Source: Chrysomallon squamiferum
Lineage: Eukaryota; Animalia; Mollusca
DNA length: 64,000 bases
Assembly (NCBI GenBank): GCA_012295275.1
Contig: CM022666.1
Location: forward strand, 15,562,001-15,626,000
Direction of reading: 5' to 3'
Shown: positions 15,616 to 29,772 of the stretch, one piece after another
How the letters are laid out: every line of letters begins with the position of its first letter
Numbering within the stretch: the first letter of the stretch is position 1
Program-made: the position numbers and the translations under genes
Notes under the pieces: generated by a model
Seen by the model: the letters and a program-made list of their open reading frames with translations, nothing else
Databases searched by the model: none
Told to the model about the DNA's origin: nothing

Positions 15616-16358
15616 TAATTATTATTATTATTTTTATTGTTTATTATTGTTATTATTGTTATAATTATTATGTTTATTGTTATTATTTTGGAATATAAAT
15701 AGCCTACATTTATTTCATGACGAAAAATACATCAATACAATTCACCTAGAAATAAGTATTGTTTCACTGCTTTAAAATGTAATTCATATATTAATATATA
15801 CCCTTATCTTCCTATCATAAAATACAAGATACAATTTTGTTAATATCAAAAGTTAAAATTTTAAAATAGACACTTCATTAAAAAAATTAAAGTCATAGAA
15901 ATATTTTAAATTACACAGAAAAAAGAAAAGAATTAAACATTAATTTTTGAAATACTAAAAGAAAGAAAGATAAACAACAGAAAGAAAAGAAAAAAAGAAC
16001 GACACAAAAACTAGACGTGGCCTTGTTTCTTTTACTTAGTAAATAGTTTTACTATAAATGTTTGTCTGTTTCCTTACTTTACTAAATTTTCTGGCTTATT
16101 TTTGTAATAAATCGCATAAGTATCTTTAGCAGAAATGATTAAGTATTTTTTTTACTTATACACAGAAATGAACACCCATCACTGGTAAGCTCATATTAAA
16201 TTAATATTCGTTTACATCCATCCATACATGATGACTGCTAGTTTGGAACAACGTCAGTTTTTAAAACACAAATCGAAATCAAACAGTCAGAATCACTGAT
16301 AAAATACATAGATTTTTGTTACATTTGTAAACATGCTTTATCAGAGTAATACAATAAA

Positions 16359-16395
<37 letters not shown>

Positions 16396-16422
16396 TATAT
16401 ATATATAATATATGTATGTTAC

Positions 16423-16457
16423 CTGAAAGGGCCTTGAAGGTACAACGGTCCATCCAT
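16423..16457 (-). CDS. Probable first coding exon of the zinc-finger gene (MDGPLYLQGPF-R)
   Basis: ATG GAT GGA CCG TTG TAC CTT CAA GGC CCT TTC AG|gtaaca. The phase-2 donor joins the single leading A of the 631 exon (AG+A = Arg) to give MDGPLYLQGPFRPIPLYCPRPP. An in-frame TAA lies 11 codons upstream, and a CpG-rich region is adjacent. Confidence 0.65.
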
Positions 16458-16900
16458 CTGAAGGTACGTTATGTCCGCACGAAACTGTTATTAATGTCAT
16501 ACAATTTATGTTAGGGAGCACTTGCTCGGCAGAGCCTCATCAAATGACATATAATGAAGGAACGACGACTCCAAATAACCACTCTTTAGCTTGTAAGAGC
16601 AAAAATAGTCCTATCGTATGCTTCCGTGTCGCCATTAAAAATACCCTACGAGAGACAATGTCGGGCCTCGGACCAATGGCGGTCGAGAGCGACGTCACGT
16701 GACCGCTCGGGAGCTGCAATTTCGCCACTGACCCGTGACAAAGGTGTGGCTTCGGCTGGAAATGTGTCTGTCAAGTGAGGCGGTGGCTACCGTCAGGTGT
16801 CGTCAGGCTACTCGGGTCGTGAATGAAAAGACTTGCGAGAAGCGAGGAGGATTTCTTCGACAACTGTTAAGTGTCCGAGCTGCTCGGTTCGTGAATGGGG
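16458..16900 (-). promoter_or_regulatory. CpG-rich 5' UTR / proximal promoter region of the zinc-finger gene
   Basis: GC- and CpG-rich unique block directly upstream of the predicted ATG. Contains GTCACGTGAC (16694-16703; USF/MiT-TFE-type E-box) overlapping a CRE-like GACGTCA. Bounded by a poly(A) tract at 16901-16923. Confidence 0.5.
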
Positions 16901-17294
16901 AAAAAAAAAAAAAAAAAAAAAAGATCAGTTTTAATACAGTCAGATTACAATAGCACGTAAGGCAGATATTTATCCTCTTTTCACGTCTTGATATTTCTAA
17001 TTTGATTAACTCGGACTATCGTAACGTGTAAGGTGTTTATCTACAGCTGTCGTGTAATTTTGTTTTTTTTTTTGTATAATACAGATCGGCGTTAATTCCA
17101 ACTGTCATAACGTTTAATGTAGACGTCTTATTTGTTTTATCCTTTAATCTTTTTAATAGAGATCGATGTTAATATTCCAGTTATCATAAATTATTACGTA
17201 GATATTTACATTGAGTTATCATTTAGTCTTTTGAATAATAATAATAATAATAATCATGCCGATGGTAATAGTAATAGTAGTAGCAGTAGTAGTA

Positions 17295-17373
<79 letters not shown>

Positions 17374-18359
17374 TGATAATAATTACAACGATACTGATAA
17401 CAATAACAATAATAATAATAATAATAATAATAACAATGACACTGATAATGATAATAATGATGATGATAGTGATAATAATAATAATATGATAATAATGATG
17501 ATGCTGATTATACGGATATTAACTGAAAGCTGCTAATGTTGATTTAATTACTTAATTAAATGATAATTAGAGAATACACAGATGTTGCCCGGATGAGTGA
17601 CTGAAAAAAAAGGAGTAAAAAAAGAGAAGAAAAATAGTATGAAATAATTATATAGTGCAAGAAATAATCCAGAATGAACGAATAAATAAAAGAACGAAAG
17701 AAAGAATAAATAAATTAAGAAATAACTAAACAAGACAGATACAGAATTATAATAAATATTATAAATTTTATGAAAAAATAAAATAAAATAAAATAAAACA
17801 AAACAAAACAAAACAAATTAATATAATCAAATAAAAAACAAATTAACATAAAATGAAATGAATTGAAATGAAATGAAATAAAATTAAATAAAATTAAATT
17901 AAATTAAATTAAATTAAATTAAAAAATAAAAAAAATAAAAAATATAATAATATATTTTTTTTAAATCAATATATAAATAAAATAGAATACACAAACTAAA
18001 CAGAAATGAGGAAATACTTATATAAATAATTTTTTAAAATATAATTTTAAACTTAAAAAGGAATACATTTTAAAATATATAAACGTTGGTAATATGTAAA
18101 CCATGACATATTTTTAATAATTTAATATTATTTATTTAAAGTTTTCATGTTTTCCATTAAACTTCATGAAATAAGATTATTTATCGAAAATATCCCAATG
18201 TTAATTCGAAGACTAAAAATAATAATAATAGAAAAATAACAATACTAGTACTACTAATAATATGTGGCATGAATAAAATGTAAATACGTAAACATTAAGA
18301 CGATATAAATATATAAAATATGAGTACAAAATATTTATATGTGTGTCTGTGTGTGTGTT

Positions 18360-18424
<65 letters not shown>

Positions 18425-18997
18425 CGACATTATTTTTAAGAATACTTCAAAGTGAATACTGTTTAACAGCAACAACACACAAACAATAATTTATAAATAA
18501 TATCATGTAATATGTTAATAATAATGTGATGAATGATGTTTACAAATACAATGGAGAGATATTTACAAAGATTACGAGAGATATTTACAAATATGATTAA
18601 AGATGTTTACACAAATGAAGAACGATATTAATAAATATGATGAAATTTTTTTTTAAACATAATTTTAAAATGTTTGTTAATAAATATAAAGATTCATAAT
18701 ATATATTTTAAACAACTTTCAAATTATTTATAATGTGAAAAAATAATGGAAATGTGTCATTCACCATAAAAAGTAAAATGCAGAGATAAGAAATGAAAAA
18801 ATAGTTTTTTTTATTTTTTTGTTTGTTGGTTTGACATTTTGAGATTTTAACTAATGAGAATGAATCTGTTAAAAAATAAAACTATTTGTCAAGAGTTAAT
18901 TTATTAACATGTGTGGTAAATGATATATGCAATCAAAAGACAGAGTAAGAATGAATGAATGAATGAATAAAACTAGTGTTAAAATATTGATGCATAA

Positions 18998-19029
<32 letters not shown>

Positions 19030-19596
19030 AAACAAAAGCCATAACAGAAAACTTCAGCGACAACAGTAACAACAATAAAAGAAAGAATAATTAAAAAATA
19101 CATAACTAATCGATTGTTAACTTACTTAGGATGATTTCCCTCATAATAACCAAAAATAAGAATAATAAATAAATAGTAAGCGTATAAATAAATAATAGTA
19201 AAATATTGAAGACGATGAAAAAAAAAAGAAAAAGAAACAAAAATAAAATATAAATAAATAAAAAGAGACGGAAAAACAGGTAATTTAAAAAAATAAAAAT
19301 ATTTTTTGATTCATGTTTTTAATCTAACATTGCTTAAAGAGTATCAGGATTCATTTCACAGTCTGATAGGTGATTATGTACATAAAAACAACAACCACAA
19401 CAAAAAAAAAACAAACCATTAAACCAATAATTATGATTCAGATAAACAAACAGTTCTGTTACTATTTGTGATTTGTTATTTACTTTATGTTTATTTAAAA
19501 ATTAATAAATAAATAAATAACTAAATATATATAAATAAAATAAAATATAATAAATAAATAAATTAATTAATTAATTAATTAAACTTTAGTTTATTA

Positions 19597-19642
<46 letters not shown>

Positions 19643-19681
19643 CATCAATATTACCTTGATGTCGATATATAGCATTCCCAC

Positions 19682-19762
<81 letters not shown>

Positions 19763-20071
19763 AATAAATAAATAAATAAATAAAATAAAATAAAATAATT
19801 AAAATATAATATAATATAATATAATATAATATAACATAATATAATGTAATATATTGTAATGTAATGTAATTAAATTATAATACAATATAATATCATGTTA
19901 TATAACATGCAATACATTAAAAGAAAACGACGATGAAGAAAGAAGCTATTGAAGTTGAGACGTTTTCTACAGGAGGGTTGTTCATTTCATTTCGTCTGTA
20001 ATCAATTTCACATTCTCTTTGTCGAGTCGTTCGAAGACATTTTCGCCAGCATGTACAAATTAAGAAATCAC

Positions 20072-20120
<49 letters not shown>

Positions 20121-20919
20121 TATTTAAAATAGCGTTTTAATGACCGCCAAAGTAAACTAACCACGCTTTGATAATCAATTTATTTTCTTAACGCTCCAGC
20201 GCCCTGAAGGTCTATTAGAAACGAAAATTAAACTGTATCTGAAAATGACGGTTTGAAATCGACACAACATACGGAAAAAGCCGATTCATGAATGGAACGC
20301 AGGCTAAAGGAGAAACTGACAACTGTGGGTTTATTTTTTATTTTATTATTTTTATTTTATTATTATTATTATTATTATTATTTTTATCATTTTGAAATTA
20401 ACATCAGGTTGACATTAGTAATCAGTTGTTTTCTCCCCGCCGCTGGGAGATAGGGTGGGGGGGGGGAAGTGGGGGTCTTTGTCGACAAAATCGGCGTTAA
20501 CGGTCTGTTGAAAACTGATAACGCATTTCAAACTTCTCTTTCAGCGGAACAAGTGGTTGCGGCGAGAGCCAGACAATGCTTAAAGCCTCAGCATTTGATT
20601 TTCCCTTGTTCGCCAGTTGTTGCTCAATTGGATTCTTTTTTTTTTTTTTTTTTTTTTTTTTTCATCTCGTGTTAAAACGATCTCTTCAGACAAACAAACA
20701 GGAGCGATGGCGCGTCTTCTGTTCAGACCAAACTGCCGTGTGAAAACCCAAATTGTTACTCGCTGAGATCAATGTTAATGCTGACGACAGACAAGTGATT
20801 ATTTAAACCCTGCTGAATACTTTGAAATCAGCGTGAAGTACACAACATGTAAAAGAAACCACACACAACACACAAAGAGGAAAAAACACATGCATGTTAT
20901 ATACAGAAATGTAGTGACT

Positions 20920-21024
<105 letters not shown>

Positions 21025-21151
21025 GAGAGAGAGAATATAATTATATATAAAAATAAAAGCCATAAAAAAAAAATACTGTATAGGTATAGAAAACGTACAT
21101 TTATAGTTATATACATACATACATACATATATACATTCATACGCACATTCG

Positions 21152-21186
<35 letters not shown>

Positions 21187-21243
21187 TTGTGTGTGTATGT
21201 ATATATATATATATGTATGTATGTATATAAATATAAATATATA

Positions 21244-21279
<36 letters not shown>

Positions 21280-21307
21280 TATAAATATATATATATATAT
21301 ATGTATG

Positions 21308-21346
<39 letters not shown>

Positions 21347-21516
21347 AAATAGATAATGAATGAGAAAAAGAAAGAAAAAGAAAAAGGAGATATGCAATAG
21401 AATTCATTAACATATATGTTTGTATGTTTATATACGTGTACAATTGCTTTCAAACGTAAATGTTGTCCGAATCGCAAACATCATTTTTAATATTAATAAA
21501 CACAAATGTATGTGTA

Positions 21517-21549
<33 letters not shown>

Positions 21550-23144
21550 CTGTGTGTGTGTGTGTTTTAAAATTTATGCATTTAATATGAAAATAATATT
21601 TAAATTATTTTTTTATTGTTGAGATAAACCGATAAACCTAAACAGCCCTGTGATCATTTGAATATTATTTTCATTTTACACACACAAACAAGTTAGCAGT
21701 AAAACCGTACACTATTCACTAAACTCGAAACCGCTCGGTACAGTATACTTACTCAAAATGCACAATATGCAAGTAAGAAAATCCTTTTCATGTAACTTGC
21801 ACATCGACAAAGAAAACATGAAGATGGAAATTCACACAGAAGCAATAAAACTTTTTAAAACATCGTATTCTTGTGCGTGTTTTTACCTCGTTTCTCTTTC
21901 TAAGGATTTTTGAATTTTTGTTTATTTTCAATTTTTACGAAACCTTTTGTAAAACTGCGTTCGAAGTACTTCCCAGTTTAAACAGAAATAAATAAATAAT
22001 AAAAATTAGGCTGATGTTTCGTGTGGACTCTTGCCTGTGTTTTATTCAGTATGTTTAATTCAGGTTTTTTTATCAGTTCAAAAATAACTCTTTTTTTCAG
22101 TTTGTTACAGAAATGTTTTAATTACAAACAGTTAATTATTGTGCTTTATGTTTCATCGTCTTCTTCTTCTTCTTCTATTATTATTATTATTCTTATTATT
22201 ATTATTCTTATTATTATTCTTATTCTTATTATTATTATTATTATTATTACTATTAATTTTATTAATGTTATTATTCTGATTATAATTATTGTTATTATTA
22301 TTATTATTAATATTATTATTATTGTTGTTGTTGTACTGTTGTTGTTGTAATATTAAATTACTACAAAATAAATAAATAAATAACAAAAAACAAAAATGAT
22401 TAATAAAAAATGCAAAAAACTAAAAAATGATTAATAAAATAATATCTAGAATTTTTTAAAAATGAAATTAAATACATATAACGTTGAATGTCGATTATAA
22501 ATCCCTTTTAAGTTTAGCGCATATGGGAAAATCAGCTACTGAACTCGGTTTCTGAGCTTTTAACACAAAACCCAGAACTTGCCTCTGTCACACACGTCTA
22601 CACGAAAAGCACAATCTGGACACAAAATAAATAAATAAATAAATAAATAAAAAAAAAAAAAAGAGAGAGAGAAAAAAAAAGAGGCGATAACGAAAAGAAA
22701 GAAGTAATACAGCGGGTTTAAACTGACGTGACGGACACTATAAACTAAGGTAAACGATTTAACACGGCAGACGACAATTACGCCATTGTGCGGGAATTTC
22801 TTCAGATTGTATTAATGTTTTGATTCGAAGAGCAAAGACTACGCAAGAGTTGGCGTCACTTCTTCAGATACACTTGTCTCTTCCATTTCAGCTCTTCGCT
22901 GACAGTCTACGCCCCCCTACAGACCGAATTAGACACGAGTCGTTAGGCGAAAGTGGTTTGAATTTGTTTCTTGTGATAAATCTGCAGAAAGCGCGTCTAG
23001 GCCCAGTGTAGCGAAGCAGCCGCCTCTGATTTACGAAACAAATAAACGGATCTAATCACCCGACATAATACCCGTGTTCTTTATTACTTTCCTCCGTCGC
23101 CGGAGCACCAGTATTTTTTTTCATATACAATTCAGCATTTATTA

Positions 23145-23396
23145 AATACAGTTCAGTATTGTATACACTTCAGTATTATCATACACAGTTCAGTATTATC
23201 ATATTACAGTTCAGTATTATTATATAAAGTTCAGTATTATAACACACAGTTCTGTATTATATACACAGTTCAGTATTATTATATAAAGTTCAGTATTATC
23301 ATACACAGTTCAGTATTATTATATAAAGTTCAGTATTATCATACACAGTTCAGTAAATATAAAGTTTTTATCACACACCGTTCAGTATTATCATAT
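23145..23396. repeat. About 20-bp minisatellite, about 12 copies
   Basis: Units atacacagttcagtattatt and atataaagttcagtattatc, alternating in the 3' half. Confidence 0.9.
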
Positions 23397-23487
23397 AATG
23401 CTCAATTTCATCATACACGAATTTCAGTTACATCATGCACAGTTCACTGTTACATACAGCCTCCTGTTATCACGCACAACTGTTGTA

Positions 23488-23577
<90 letters not shown>

Positions 23578-24035
23578 TTGAAAATATCTCCCACCCTGAG
23601 AAGAATGACCTCAGTGCCACCGTGACCGGCGAGTACAAACACACCCACTCGTCGACGTCACTGTCGGTTGGTGAACGTTGTATTTCAAACTGAAAGTCAC
23701 CACACGCCTCTGTCACATCTAAATACATTTTATTCACAAAACACAAAAAAAAAAACAAACAACAACCCCAAAACACAAACTAAAACTGTTTGATGGACAA
23801 CGTAGATGCGGTAGAAGTCATTGATGTCGTCAGACAGGGGAAGGAAAAGAGAACGATAACCTCCCTGAAATCTATCACCCTCCCCAAACGACCCCACCCA
23901 TGAAATTGATATATGTATGAAAATATACGTGCACAGACATGACTAATACAGAGTACATAATTATATACGTAGACACGCATATACGCACGTATGTAGTATA
24001 GACACATTCACCGGCATATGCAGAGATATAGATAT

Positions 24036-24146
<111 letters not shown>

Positions 24147-24686
24147 ATTTTCGACAGTCAAAATTTCTAGTATTAAATTTACGATCAACAAAATATATAT
24201 ATATATATACAAGCATAGATGTTATACATACGTAAACAGATACATATATGCATGCTTACATAAAACTATCTGTCTATCTATCTGTCTATGTATCTCTCTT
24301 TCTCTCTCTCTCTCTACACACACATACACACCCACACACACACACACATATATTATATTAATGTGTTCATTGCTGGACTGACCCTTCACCAAGAAATAGC
24401 AGCCTGTTTCCAGCGGGTTATTAACGAGTTAAAATTAAGAACAACACGTTTTACTGTGTATTTGTCTATTACTAATTACCACAAAATATGAATGCAGGGG
24501 CAAACGCTGTACATTATACCAGCAGCTGGCACGTGGCTTTGTGTTGTCTAACACATAAACACTGCAAATTGCAGTTTGCGTGCGCAGAATACAAACACAT
24601 CGGTGACTTTATAGTTACGTGTTTTGTTCTGTGCGGTTTAATCGTGTGAAACAAATAAACGGTATAAATGTTTACATCTGTATGTA

Positions 24687-24754
<68 letters not shown>

Positions 24755-24853
24755 TTTGGATAGTAAAAATTTGTAGTATTATATTTATGATTAGCAAATA
24801 TTTATCGTATTAAAAAGTTAAAAAACAAAAACAACAACAACATTGTAAATGAA

Positions 24854-25065
<212 letters not shown>

Positions 25066-25267
25066 ATAATTTACAAAAATTAATAATACGACAAGGAAAA
25101 AAAAGAAATAACAGCAACATTTTGAGCTTCCTCTAACAAATGTAAATACCTGGATTTTATAAGCGAATTTTCCTTATTACGACTACAGTGATTAAAAGAG
25201 CCTGATTTGAATTTTAGTAAATTTTGGTTAGAGACAAACAAAAAGATGATACATTCCGCAGATTTTC

Positions 25268-25325
25268 TAAGATTTGAACCCACTACCTTACCAACTGTAA
25301 TGATCACTGCCTATCCACGATGTCA
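25268..25325 (-). mobile_element. tRNA-like SINE head remnant
   Basis: The minus strand reads tgacatcgtggataggc...ggtagtgGGTTCAAATC, with A-box-like and B-box motifs at tRNA-like spacing but no cloverleaf. Confidence 0.45.
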
Positions 25326-26099
25326 TATAAACTAATACTATCACAAATTATCCCAGGACTAGGATCAAAATAATCGAAACACTGCCGCAGATAAACTATT
25401 AGTGTTACGTCTGACGTAGCGTAGTCGTAAAAGTATTTAAAATATTTTAGTTTTTTTTCAGAAGGAATATCAGTAACCGAGTGAACGATGAGTTTCGAGT
25501 GAAGCGATTTTGACGTTGTTTTTGTTTGTAACGCTTGTTTTTGTTTGTAACGTTTTCAGAATGGAAGGGCTTTGGTGTGAACACGGATCTCTTTCTGTAT
25601 GTATGCATGTATATATATATATATATATATATCTATCTCTCGGTTCACCGTTCAGAGAACAATTTGTACGCCACTAACCCGAGCACACACTAAGAGTAAC
25701 GTAGCCAGAGATAGCATCTTGCGATTCACACATTCCATTGAGGGCCGGCGTGTAACGTCTACGCCTCTCTTGCAGTTTAAGATTTTATCAGTGGCGAGAA
25801 AATCTGTTCGTTAATGGAGAAATTACACACTTGGGCTTGTACGAATGGAAACAAGGACTGAGCCGACGCACGCGATTGTCGCTTGCTTCACGGGTCGCCT
25901 CACCCCTACTCGTGGTCGGGTAGGGTTGCCGACACCCGACACCCCAGCGAGAAACACGAGAGAGGAGCGTACACACACACACCTGCGATAACCCTGGATG
26001 AAACACTGTACGCGGCAGAAATATTTCAAATTTGTTTTTTGTTTTGTTAATTTGTTTGTTTCTGCTTCGCGAGTAAAAGGTGTCAGGAATGTTCGTTCG

Positions 26100-26530
26100 A
26101 GATGATGTCGACAGGTTGTGAGTAGGTCGATAAAGATGTCGACAGGTTGTGAGTATGGTTGACATGATGTCGACAGGTTGTGAGTAGGTTGACATGATGT
26201 CGACAGGTTTTTAGTTGGTTGGTATGACGTCGACAGATAGTGAGTATGCTGACAATATGCCGACAGGTTGTGAGTAGTAAGGCGACAAGATGTCAGCATG
26301 TTATGTCTAGGCTGACAAGATGTCAGCATGTTATGACTAGGCTGACAAAATGTCGACTTACTGCTAAAGGTTGGCAAAATATCAACAGAGTGTTAGTAGG
26401 CTGAGATGTCGACAAGTTGTGAGTAGATTATCAAAATGGCAACAGACTGTACGTAGGTTGACTAAATGTCGACAGGTCATGTGCAAGTTGACAAGAATTT
26501 ATATATGTCGGCAGTTTGACAAAATGTCAG
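26100..26530. repeat. 30-bp minisatellite, about 14 diverging copies
   Basis: Unit approximately gacatgatgtcgacaggttgtgagtaggtt. It is the source of the repetitive ORFs 25788-26195, 25823-26377 and 26371-26553. Confidence 0.9.
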
Positions 26531-27927
26531 TCTGTTTGTTTCTGTCTTTTTGACATATAAATTGGGAGGAGAATTTTTTAAAGTTGGAAATATTTCCCGT
26601 TCTAACCTATACCTCATACTAATTTATCTACAACCGAGGTCTGAGTTAGGAAGGTGAATAAAATCGATTAAGAGCGGATTTGTTTTACTATACCACATTA
26701 TACATTTCATACACACTCACTCACACACATACAAAAGACAAAAACGCATATAATATAGGTATAAATATTATGGTTATTGTTTGCTAAATTGACATTACGA
26801 TCTTATTTAAGAAAACTAATTACTGCAGTAGTAATATAAAAAAAAACAGCAATGAAATTAACAAAAAAAAAAACATATATATTTATTTACGAATGGAATT
26901 AACTAACTAACTAACTAACTAAATAAATAAGTAAATAAATAAATAAAAATACATACTTAAACTCATGGATATCATCAAATAAACACCACGTACATAGATG
27001 AAATATATTATATATTATTATGTTCATGTATGTATGTATGTATATGTATAGATATGGATATGTAGATATATAGATATAGATAAATAGACAGACAGACATA
27101 TACACACACACATATAGATAGAAAGATAAATATATACATAATAGATATAAATAAAGTAGAATATGTATATATATATATATATAAAGACACACACGAGACA
27201 TACTACATATAATGCAAATAAACTAATATGAATTATAACTTCAAACAATTTATATTACTACTGATACTTTATTAACAATATAATTCAGACATAATTCTCA
27301 TACAGTACTACGACGCAGTACTAAGCTGCATCTTACACTAGTTCACAGACTACTTCGAACAAATTTCTACTTTACTTTTTTTTTTTTTTTTTTTTTCTTA
27401 CACTTCTCATTGGTGCCTTATCCATTAACGAAACAAAACATCTACGAAAACTCCTTTCTGTGAGCAGAAACGCCATGTTTATTTTAGATCAATCTAAAGA
27501 CCATTATATCCTTCACATCAAACGGTCTGCCTGTTATTCTAACATGTAAAGGAGAGGCTGCATTAAACGGACAACGTAAACAATTCAATAGACTTGAACA
27601 GTCGCTTAAACCCTGCTACCTCAGACGAGGGGAGTTCGTTTATCCACGCCATTGAGCGCCCTCTGGAATCTGCCTCGGGCTGATTCCTGACTGCTGGAGT
27701 AAAAAATGTTAATATATTTAGCGGCCTTCTAGATTCTGTTTAATCACTCGGCGACGATTTAGAAGGTAAGAAAGGAAGGCAGTAAAGAGTTAGAATCTGA
27801 GAGAGAGAAAATTAAGAAAACGCCGTCAAGTGAAAAATTACGTCTGTCAGTCTGTAATTAAAGACCGAGAGAAGGAAGAGAATTCATTTTAACATCAATT
27901 TCAAAATGAACTTTAAGAAAGTAAAAG

Positions 27928-27959
<32 letters not shown>

Positions 27960-28571
27960 ATAATAATAATAAAATTAGTTCGGAGATCTACGTAATGCTT
28001 TAATTGTCTGGGAAGCATTGATTGATAGACTAGGAAAAAAAAAAAAAAAAGATGAAAGGTAAAAAACAGAGTTTATTATTATTTTTTTTTAAAAAGAAAA
28101 GAAAAAAGTTTAATGTATATAAAAACACGAAGAAAAGGTTCGGTGGTGGTCTCTCCTCTGAAATTTACTAAATCTCGCTGTAATCGGTTGCATGTATTGA
28201 GATGACTTGAGATGGTATATATATAAAAAAAAAGTTTCTGCTGGTGAAAATGTTCACCTCGTGGGTCATAAAGATGATTTGTGAGCTGAGGGTGTGCTTC
28301 ACTCCGCGGTCTAACAACTGACTCCAGCCTTCGTGCATGCAGCACATCTCCCAGCAGATCGGGTTTCACTTCGCTAGAAAAACTCATCGCTGTTTACAAT
28401 TCCCCAGTTAAAAAAAAAAAATAATAATAATAATAATAATAATAACAAAATAAAAACAAAAGTCTTAAAATTATTATTATTATTATTTAAAAAAAAAAAA
28501 ATAAAAAAATAAAAAAAAAAAATAATAATAACAAAATAAAAACAAAAGTCTTAAAATTATTATTATTATTA

Positions 28572-28619
<48 letters not shown>

Positions 28620-28993
28620 CTTACCTACAGGTGTTGCTTGCGTGAGAGAAGTGTTTACTTCAGTTTGAGGTGTGTTAGGGCTTTTACACCGGAAAAAAAA
28701 AAAAAAAAAAAATGATGTAAAACCCACGTTACCTCGTGTCTTTGTAAAACCTTCACAGGTGCGGGGAAATCGATCTATGACTAATCTTTTGTCTATCAGA
28801 ATGAGGCCTTCGTTTTATCCAGTTTCGTTTTGTTGTTGCTGTTGTTGTTGTTGTTGTGTTTGCTATTCTTCTTCTTCTTTATTATTATTACTGTTGTCAT
28901 CGTGTTTGTTGTCTTTAGTTTTATATCTATTTCTGATAATTATTTTTTAACTTATACACACACACACACACATTTTTGTTCGTACATATGGTG

Positions 28994-29045
<52 letters not shown>

Positions 29046-29739
29046 CAGATCAATAGATATATCGATATAAACAGACACATGTGCATGCAGACCATGTATA
29101 TATATATATATATTATATGGGTTGATAGACAGACAGATAACGCGTTATTTCTTTTCATGAATTCAAGATAATTCTGTATGAAAATACACACGTAAATAGA
29201 TCAGAATATAAAGAAAACACTGAACAGACATCACATCAACAGTACGTCTACATAACTGAAGTAACAGCAACGACGACAGCATCTTAACCACATGAATGAT
29301 GATGGAAAAAAGTCAATAATAATTTATTCTTTTTAAATTCCTCCAGTTTGTGTATCGGATAACAACACTTCCTGCAAATGCAGTCAAAATAACTAAATTT
29401 TAACTTTTCAAATCTAACTAAAGAAATATCTGATTAACGGGACAAATTTTCCTATTTTCATTAAAATTCATGCGAAACAGTAGATACACATGATGCAAGA
29501 AAGAACGTAATTACTGTACTGCTGTTTCAGTGAGCCTCCATCTCACGTATTTTGACTGTTAATTTTAGACTGGTAATTGACTCCGTTTTCTAAAAGCAGT
29601 TTGAAATTTATCTTTTGCCTGTCACTGTTCATATATATCTTTATTCATAGGTCTCTCTCTCTCTCTAAGTGACTGTTTCACTCTCTGTCTGTCTGTTCAG
29701 CTATCCATCCATCCATCCATTCATCCATCTATCTGCCTG

Positions 29740-29772
<33 letters not shown>

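Noticed and set aside
20764-20785. TGAGATCAATGTTAATGCTGAC, resembling bantam miRNA
   Set aside because: It has several mismatches to the mature sequence as I recall it, and no complementary arm upstream to form a pre-miRNA hairpin.
26100-26530. CRISPR-like appearance and 135-184 aa ORFs
   Set aside because: The units are contiguous with no unique spacers, there are no cas genes, the context is eukaryotic, and the ORFs only mirror the 30-bp period.
28079-28387. 102-aa minus-strand ORF MSFSSEVKPDLLGD...
   Set aside because: No recognisable domain; it runs through TA and poly(A) tracts and has no splice partner.
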